Part shown: positions 45,849 through 52,018 of the stretch, piece by piece
Layout of the letters: each line of letters starts with the position of its first letter
How positions within the stretch are numbered: position 1 is the stretch's first letter
Assembly (NCBI GenBank): GCA_047638675.1
Contig: JBLIML010000006.1
Span: 1-52,018 of the forward strand
Direction of reading: 5' to 3'
DNA length: 52,018 nucleotides
Source: Planctomycetota bacterium
Lineage (GTDB): Bacteria > Pseudomonadota > Gammaproteobacteria > Eutrophobiales > Eutrophobiaceae
Translations under genes and position numbers: made by a program
Notes under the pieces: generated by a model
What the model was told of the DNA's origin: nothing
Database searches by the model: none
The model's input: the letters and a program-made list of their open reading frames with translations, nothing else

Positions 45849-47627
45849 CTAGCCCTCATCCTTGCTGCTTGCTTTCACACCCGATGGCGGAACATTCTGT
45901 GGGATAAAATCGTCCGCCGCGCCCGGAACACCAAAATCGTAGGCCCAACGATAAACCAGGGGCAACTCCTTACCAAAATTACCATGTGTTGGCGGTGTAT
46001 CGGGGGTCTGCCATTCCAGAGTAGTGGCCTGCCATGGATTACCGCCAGACTCCTTTCCGCGGAAATAACTGACGATAAGGTTATAGACAAACACCAATTG
46101 CACAGCGCCAACGATAAAAGCTGCTATTGAGATCCCGGCATTCAAGGTCATGGCGGACTCGGGTATAAAATCGGTGCCCTCAATAGAATAATATCTTCTT
46201 GGCACGCCCAGGAACCCGAGGTAGTGCATTGGATAGTAGATGGCGTAAGAGCCAACAAAAGTCACCCAGAAATGAAAATGACCCAGAGTATCGTTCAACA
46301 TACGACCCGTTATCTTCGGGTACCAGTGATATATCGCACCAAACACGACAAGCACCGGGGATACTGCCATCACCATATGGAAGTGGGCGACAACAAACAT
46401 CGTATCTGAAAGTGGCAGATCGATGGTGACGTTACCAAGAAATAGGCCCGTCAAGCCGCCGTTAATGAAGGTAAAAATAAAGCCGATGGCAAACAACATA
46501 GGCACGTTAAGCCGGATATTGCCCCGCCATAGAGTCAAAACCCAATTATAGACTTTAAGTGCCGTAGGCACCGCGATAATCAAGGTCGTGGTGGCAAAAA
46601 AGAAACCAAAGTAAGGGTTCATGCCACTAACATACATGTGATGAGCCCAGACAATGAAACTGAGTGCGCCAATAACTACGATTGCCCAGACCATCATGCG
46701 ATAACCAAAAATGTTTTTTCTGGCATTAACAGCGAGAAGATCAGAGACAATACCAAAAGCGGGTAGCGCAACGATATAAACCTCGGGGTGCCCAAAAAAC
46801 CAGAACAAGTGCTGAAACAAAATGGGACTGCCGCCAACATGATCGAGTTGCTGCCCTAATGAAATTATCGCAGGCATGAAAAAACTGGTGCCGATAAGCT
46901 TATCAAACAACATCATGATACAGGCAACCAATAGCGCAGGAAACGCCAGCAGTGCAAGCACTGTGGCCATAAAGATCCCCCAGATCGTCAGCGGCAAGCG
47001 CATAAGCGTCATGCCGCGCGTACGCGCCTGAAGCACGGTCACCACATAGTTCAGACCGCCCATAGTAAAGCCGACAATAAACAGGCACAGAGACACCAGC
47101 ATCAATATTATACCCAAGCCGTCGCCAGGCGTGCCCGGCAAAATAGCCTGAGGAGGATAAAGCGTCCAGCCAGCGCCGGTGGAGCCACCGGGGACGAAGA
47201 AACTCGCAACCAAGACCAGAACAGCTAGAAAATAAATCCAGAAGCTGAGCATGTTGACATAGGGAAACACCATGTCACGGGCGCCGACCATTAAAGGAAT
47301 CAGGTAATTACCAAAGCCACCAAGAAAAAGCGCTGTCAGCAAATAAACAACCATAATCATGCCATGCATTGTGACGAGCTGGATATATACCGAAGGATCG
47401 ATAAAAGCGAAGGAGCCGGGAAAACCCAGCTGCAAACGGATTAGCATGGACATCGCCAACGCCACAAGACCGATTCCCATCGCTGTGATTGAATACTGGA
47501 TTGCAATGACCTTGGCATCCTGACTGAAAACATATTTGCCTAACCACGTTTTCGCGTGATAGAGCTCCATCTCCGGGATTTCTGCCGCCCCTACAAACTC
47601 ATTATCGTCGTGCGCTGCAATAGACAT
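45849..47627 (-). CDS. Cytochrome c oxidase subunit I, A1 type (CoxN-like)
   Basis: TMHG, GWTLYPP, GHPEVY (A1 Glu), WAHHM, AHFH; D-channel Asp (ARDM) and K-channel Lys (PTALKV). Confidence 0.95.
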   Translation of the reverse strand: MSIAAHDDNEFVGAAEIPEMELYHAKTWLGKYVFSQDAKVIAIQYSITAMGIGLVALAMSMLIRLQLGFPGSFAFIDPSVYIQLVTMHGMIMVVYLLTALFLGGFGNYLIPLMVGARDMVFPYVNMLSFWIYFLAVLVLVASFFVPGGSTGAGWTLYPPQAILPGTPGDGLGIILMLVSLCLFIVGFTMGGLNYVVTVLQARTRGMTLMRLPLTIWGIFMATVLALLAFPALLVACIMMLFDKLIGTSFFMPAIISLGQQLDHVGGSPILFQHLFWFFGHPEVYIVALPAFGIVSDLLAVNARKNIFGYRMMVWAIVVIGALSFIVWAHHMYVSGMNPYFGFFFATTTLIIAVPTALKVYNWVLTLWRGNIRLNVPMLFAIGFIFTFINGGLTGLFLGNVTIDLPLSDTMFVVAHFHMVMAVSPVLVVFGAIYHWYPKITGRMLNDTLGHFHFWVTFVGSYAIYYPMHYLGFLGVPRRYYSIEGTDFIPESAMTLNAGISIAAFIVGAVQLVFVYNLIVSYFRGKESGGNPWQATTLEWQTPDTPPTHGNFGKELPLVYRWAYDFGVPGAADDFIPQNVPPSGVKASSKDEG

Positions 47628-47686
47628 CTAGATTATTCTCCTGGTGGTTATTTCAAATTGGCCTGGCGATCTCATTATTTTTCGTC

Positions 47687-48793
47687 TCAAAGGCCATCTT
47701 TGATATAGCTAATCAACGCTTCTAATTCCGCATCTGTCAAACTGCTAGGTGGCATCGATGGCGCATAACCATCCACTATTTTGGCATTTGGTGACAGGAT
47801 AGATTCTTTCAGATAATCGGCATCGACAACAATAGTGCTGCCGTCCGCCATCTTTTCCGTCTTGCCAAACAAGTCCTTCCATGTCGGCCCGATACTCGCA
47901 GCGCCATCTACACTATGGCAAACAAGACAGGCGTGAGACTCCGCTAGAGCACGGCCTTGTTCAGCCAAACTAAGGCCTTCCACTACAAGCGGTTTAGACT
48001 CCCCAGACACAGTCTGTGCATAGGTGGGGTAGGTTTTTAGCCAATCTTTGAAGTCTGCCTCTTCGTCCACAACCACATGGCCTCGCATGTTGTAATGACC
48101 TACTCCACACAGCTCTTCACACAGCGCATCGTATTTTCCCAGCCTGGTTGGCGTAAACCACATACTGGTAACGACACCCGGCACCATATCCATTTTCACG
48201 CGAAACTGAGCCACGGTATAGTTGTGTAATACATCTTGAGAACGCAGCAACGCGACTACTGGCCTGTCTATAGGGAGATGCACCTCGCCATTTGAAACAA
48301 GGACATCGTCCTGACCGTTAGGATCATCAGGATTCATGCCAAAAGGGTTGTCGAAGGAGACGTGCTGGGTATCAACAGTACCCAATACACCATCTTCACC
48401 CGGAAATCGATAGCTCCATTGCCATTGCTTACCAACAACCTCAAACACATCGGCGTCTTCTGGCGGATTAACGAACTTGGCCCATACATACAAGCCTGGT
48501 GTCAGCATTGCAGCAACGCCGATAGAAGTCAGAACGGTTAGCCAGACTTCCAGCTTTTTGTTTTCGGGCTCGTATTCAGATTTACGATCCTTATTGTAAC
48601 GAAATTTATACACGCACCAGGCCATGAACAGGTTAACTGCGACAAAAACCACACCGGTAACCCAGAATGTAATGTCAAGCGTGTCATCAATAGTACTCCA
48701 GTTGGAAGCAAGTTCTGTCAGATACCAGGGGCTTAGGAAATGAAAGAGTACGGAGCCTACAACCAGAAGAACCAGCGCTATTGCAAATACCAT
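47687..48793 (-). CDS. Cytochrome c oxidase subunit II with C-terminal cytochrome c (CoxM-like)
   Basis: CuA ligands DVLH...CEELCGVGHYNM; C-terminal CLVCH...M heme c domain. Confidence 0.93.
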   Translation of the reverse strand: MVFAIALVLLVVGSVLFHFLSPWYLTELASNWSTIDDTLDITFWVTGVVFVAVNLFMAWCVYKFRYNKDRKSEYEPENKKLEVWLTVLTSIGVAAMLTPGLYVWAKFVNPPEDADVFEVVGKQWQWSYRFPGEDGVLGTVDTQHVSFDNPFGMNPDDPNGQDDVLVSNGEVHLPIDRPVVALLRSQDVLHNYTVAQFRVKMDMVPGVVTSMWFTPTRLGKYDALCEELCGVGHYNMRGHVVVDEEADFKDWLKTYPTYAQTVSGESKPLVVEGLSLAEQGRALAESHACLVCHSVDGAASIGPTWKDLFGKTEKMADGSTIVVDADYLKESILSPNAKIVDGYAPSMPPSSLTDAELEALISYIKDGL

Positions 48794-49079
48794 ATTGATC
48801 TACATCCTCTGCCCGCCTAAAAAGCAGGATCTAAAGTTAAATAAACAACTGGGGTTCAAAAAAAGCGATGATAGCGGAAAAATTTATCTTAGACCACGAT
48901 TTTTCGTAGCGAATTAAGACAGTTATCCGAAAGTGATTTCAATTTGGATAATACTTTTGGTGCTGTAACCAAGGGCTTCCAGGTATGTCGGATTGGTTTT
49001 AGCCTAAAAAAACAAGCGGTATCGAGGATCCGTGCTGCACCTCCTGGAGCTCATAAAGAAAATGGCCCGTTTCAGCAGG

Positions 49080-49763
49080 CTACCGGTTTGACGCCATCCG
49101 CGCTCGCCAAACAGATAGTATTGAAATGCCTGTAATGACCCCTGCGAGGGCAATCGCCATTAAATAGACGCCGGTTTTCTCTGGAAGATAAGAGTCTTTT
49201 ACAAAGCTGGCGCTTAGGCCTGGCACGGCCCACAAATCGCCACTGCCCTTACCAACTTTCAGCTGAGCTTTCATGCCTTTTTCCATATGTTGTGCCATAT
49301 CACAGTGGACAAGATAGGTACGATCATCGCTGGGCACGATAAAAGAACCGGTTTGAGAATGCCCGCCCGCCGCCTCAAGATGAAACATCCCGCCGGGGTA
49401 GAGATATCTGGGCAATCCGTGAACCATCCATTGATGGCGAACTTCGTCCTGATTGATAAAAGTGACGGTAATGCGACTACAAGGCTCGACCTCGAACTGA
49501 TGTTGGCTCATGCCAAAGACAGTGCCCGGATAATCCGCAGCGTACTTCGTGCCAGCGCTTACTTCGAAGTCATAATCGCGCCCCAATTCTTCACAGTCTT
49601 CTGGCAAGTTGTGATGGTTGCTATTCATTACCATCCCCGTTCTGTCAAGTGTCATGTTGTGAAGAGCATGTTCGGCATGCGGATTCTCTGACTCGGCATT
49701 CACAGGAATAAATAAATTGGCCGCCAGAGCGCAGACTACACAAAAGATTTTTAAAGGCCCCAT
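49080..49763 (-). CDS. Membrane-anchored blue-copper cupredoxin
   Basis: Signal peptide, His/Met-rich N-terminus, type-1 Cu set H(RHQW)...HCDMAQHMEKGM, C-terminal TM. Confidence 0.82.
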   Translation of the reverse strand: MGPLKIFCVVCALAANLFIPVNAESENPHAEHALHNMTLDRTGMVMNSNHHNLPEDCEELGRDYDFEVSAGTKYAADYPGTVFGMSQHQFEVEPCSRITVTFINQDEVRHQWMVHGLPRYLYPGGMFHLEAAGGHSQTGSFIVPSDDRTYLVHCDMAQHMEKGMKAQLKVGKGSGDLWAVPGLSASFVKDSYLPEKTGVYLMAIALAGVITGISILSVWRARMASNR

Positions 49764-49805
49764 TCAATTATTCCGTGGTCGAGCAATCCCAGCACGCTTT
49801 CCAGG

Positions 49806-51476
49806 CTATCGCCTGCTAGAAAAAATCGCATTAATTGCCATTGCCACTAGAACACCCAGAGACAGGCCCAGGCCCAACAAACGCATCAACATCATCGGGT
49901 CTGACTTCGCGTCAGAAAATGTTCCCTCGCTCAAGCTCCCCCAGACCGGGGTTTCTTTTCGATAATAGGCTTCGGTAAAAAACTGTTTCAAGTCCATGCC
50001 CTGGGTGCGGGGCCAACCGTTTTCCTGTAAATAGTCTTCATAGACAATAGCGCTAACATTACCTCCCGGGCCCAAACCATCATTTGTGACGCCTTTTCCC
50101 TGATGATCATGAAACAACCAGATCCCCTGGCCATATGAATGCAGACCATCGTTGGTGGTTTGCAGTTCGAGATCCACGCGTTGCGCGCTGGCAATCCACA
50201 CCACGTCTCGAATGATTTGCGCTGCCGGTTTAACATTCACGCCATCATAGTGGGTAGCGGTCACCTTGTGTCCGTGGGTGTGCAGGGCGACACCAGTGCT
50301 GCCGCCGTTAACAACGCGTAATTTAATTCTCTCGTCGGGTTTTGCGACAATTAACGACTCCCGAAACGTGTAGGGAAACGACTTCCCGTTGAGCGTAAAA
50401 TAATCACTTTTTGCGTCCGTAATGTCGTAACGGCGATGCATATCTCTGGTAATCAGTCGCGGGTCGTTATGGGCCTGTATTCGATTATTCAAATCAATAT
50501 CAATATCCAGATACTGAAGATCGTACTCTCGATCGAAAGTTTCACTAACGGCGACCGACGGTGCTCGCACAAGGCCAGCGCCAACGTTCAGTGTTTGTAC
50601 CCAATTGTTAGGTCGGTTTTCCTCAATGACGAACAAGCCCTGCAATCCCATCATAATGTGTACATGAGTCTGCACATGGCAATGATAAAACATAGTGCCG
50701 GTCTGACGCGGCTGCATATTATAGGTGCGCGCATGGCCTGGCATCACCGGCTTTTCACTGGTAATTGGAACACCGTCATTACCTTCCCCTTCACTATCGA
50801 CATAGGGATGGTCGACACCGTGAAAATGGATCGTGTGTGGCATGTAGTGGCTATTTTCCAAGGTAATTTTTACATGATCGCCTTGTTCAACACGAATCGC
50901 TGGCGAGGGTAGACGCAACATGGAACGCGCCTCTACCGACTCAAAGTTTTTGGTGGCCATGCCAAACATCTTCGGCGCAAAAACCCAAAAACCCGGCTTG
51001 ATGCCCGGGGCAATGGCGTATTGCGCTGATGGCACGAGACTCTCTGGCGAGGCGCCATTGAGCTCCGCCACCTCGAGACGAATGTGGATTTCATCCGGGT
51101 CGCCATCACCATCCAGATCGCGTCCTTTCTCTACCGCATCCGGTGTCAGACCGCTGGCCAACAGAACCGCGTCGGAAACGTTATTCGTTCCGCGCACAAA
51201 AGCCGCGACGGCATTGGGGTTGTCAGCAACACAATTGGGCGAGCGGCGAACATTAACACCGGCAATAGTTTGAGCTTCCCGCCAGCCCAACAGGTCCTCA
51301 GGGCAAGGATCTTCGTTTTCTGTTATGCGCGAGTCTTTGCCTTCGGGTAGAGCGCGATAGGCATCTGCACCGAACCACTGACTCAGCTGCAGGCGCCACG
51401 CCATCGGATACCACTGTGGTGGAAAACACAAAAGCGCCAAAAGCGCGAAGATTATTAAGAGCCAACGAGAATACAT
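49806..51476 (-). CDS. Two-domain multicopper oxidase (type C-like), membrane-anchored
   Basis: Domain 1: PHTIHFHG and YHCHVQTHVHIMMGL (T1 Cu). Domain 2: LHTHGH and FHDH (no T1 Cys). Hydrophobic N- and C-termini. Confidence 0.85.
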   Translation of the reverse strand: MYSRWLLIIFALLALLCFPPQWYPMAWRLQLSQWFGADAYRALPEGKDSRITENEDPCPEDLLGWREAQTIAGVNVRRSPNCVADNPNAVAAFVRGTNNVSDAVLLASGLTPDAVEKGRDLDGDGDPDEIHIRLEVAELNGASPESLVPSAQYAIAPGIKPGFWVFAPKMFGMATKNFESVEARSMLRLPSPAIRVEQGDHVKITLENSHYMPHTIHFHGVDHPYVDSEGEGNDGVPITSEKPVMPGHARTYNMQPRQTGTMFYHCHVQTHVHIMMGLQGLFVIEENRPNNWVQTLNVGAGLVRAPSVAVSETFDREYDLQYLDIDIDLNNRIQAHNDPRLITRDMHRRYDITDAKSDYFTLNGKSFPYTFRESLIVAKPDERIKLRVVNGGSTGVALHTHGHKVTATHYDGVNVKPAAQIIRDVVWIASAQRVDLELQTTNDGLHSYGQGIWLFHDHQGKGVTNDGLGPGGNVSAIVYEDYLQENGWPRTQGMDLKQFFTEAYYRKETPVWGSLSEGTFSDAKSDPMMLMRLLGLGLSLGVLVAMAINAIFSSRR

Positions 51477-51552
51477 AGTTGCATCATACCGTTTTCGCGA
51501 AATCTTAGTACACTGTCCTTAGATCGAATTATGAATAGATGTTCGGCATAAT

Positions 51553-52017
51553 CTATTTACGCGCCGCCCTGTTATTATAAAAATATAGCGCTTGGGCTAG
51601 CACAAGCAGCGCAACAAAGAGCGGCACGTAGCCATAGCCAGACCCGCCCACCTGAAAGTAAAACACCGAGTGATAGGTTTTTTCCTTTTCAGGATGAAGA
51701 GCGGTGACGATGCCAATGTAACCGCCGCCCTCCTCGAATTCGTATCTAACTTTAAGCGCTCCCTCTGGCAGTATTACCGGTGGCTGGTAAAAAACAGTTA
51801 CCTTCTCAATATCATCAAAGACGAGAATATCATCCCAGTTTGCAAAGATGCCTATCTCGTTGACATCCTTGATAATGCGAAAATCAACCTGCATTTCCTT
51901 AAGAAAATCGTGCAAGTATTCAATTACGAAAATACTGTCGGCTACTTCAGGAATGTCTTCGCAAAACTCCTGGGTACCATTATTAAGCGGCTGATAACCG
52001 GTAAAATGCGCCGTTAA
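51553..52017 (-). CDS. PmoD/AmoD-like membrane-anchored protein (partial, 5' end beyond window)
   Basis: The frame is open to the window end: LTAHFTGYQPLNNGTQEFCEDIPEVADSIFVIEYLHDFLKEMQVDFRIIKD...YIGIV...F.F.VG plus a C-terminal TM. HFT.YQP..EFCEDIP..L.EM..DFRI resembles the PmoD/AmoD family as I recall it. Confidence 0.68.
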   Translation of the reverse strand, partial: LTAHFTGYQPLNNGTQEFCEDIPEVADSIFVIEYLHDFLKEMQVDFRIIKDVNEIGIFANWDDILVFDDIEKVTVFYQPPVILPEGALKVRYEFEEGGGYIGIVTALHPEKEKTYHSVFYFQVGGSGYGYVPLFVALLVLAQALYFYNNRAARK

Positions 52018-52018
52018 A

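Noticed and set aside
48795-48808. FNR-like TTGAT-N4-ATCCT upstream of cox subunit II
   Set aside because: One half-site is broken and the sequence is explained by the ribosome-binding region.

Overview
A mostly housekeeping stretch of a gammaproteobacterial chromosome. It carries hemCD, gshB-tonB-yqgEF-pyrRBC'K, pilT/pilU/pilU2, yggS-proC-yggTU, pyrE, slmA-argB-algC-dut-coaBC, radC-rpmBG, desA, a Gld-like ABC transporter, mutM, ggt, coaD-rsmD, an M16B peptidase pair and ftsYEX-rpoH. No rRNA, tRNA, CRISPR array or transposase was seen. Two elements stand out. (1) At 9385-9459, below the ORF-track cutoff, is a stand-alone pqqA precursor-peptide gene with its own regulatory cassette: palindromic activator site, IHF site, sigma-54 -24/-12 promoter, SD and intrinsic terminator. 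No pqqBCDE is nearby. (2) At the right end is a co-oriented copper/respiratory cluster. It comprises a PmoD/AmoD-like membrane-anchored protein (partial), a membrane-anchored type-C two-domain multicopper oxidase, a membrane-anchored blue-copper cupredoxin, a CoxMNOP-like A1 oxidase with cytochrome c fused to subunit II, and ctaA/ctaB. Smaller oddities include an apparent CTG start for rsmD, a perfect CIRCE overlapping the sigma-E promoter of rpoH, and a sigma-28 promoter ahead of a stand-alone PP2C phosphatase. All family calls are from motif recognition, not database searches.
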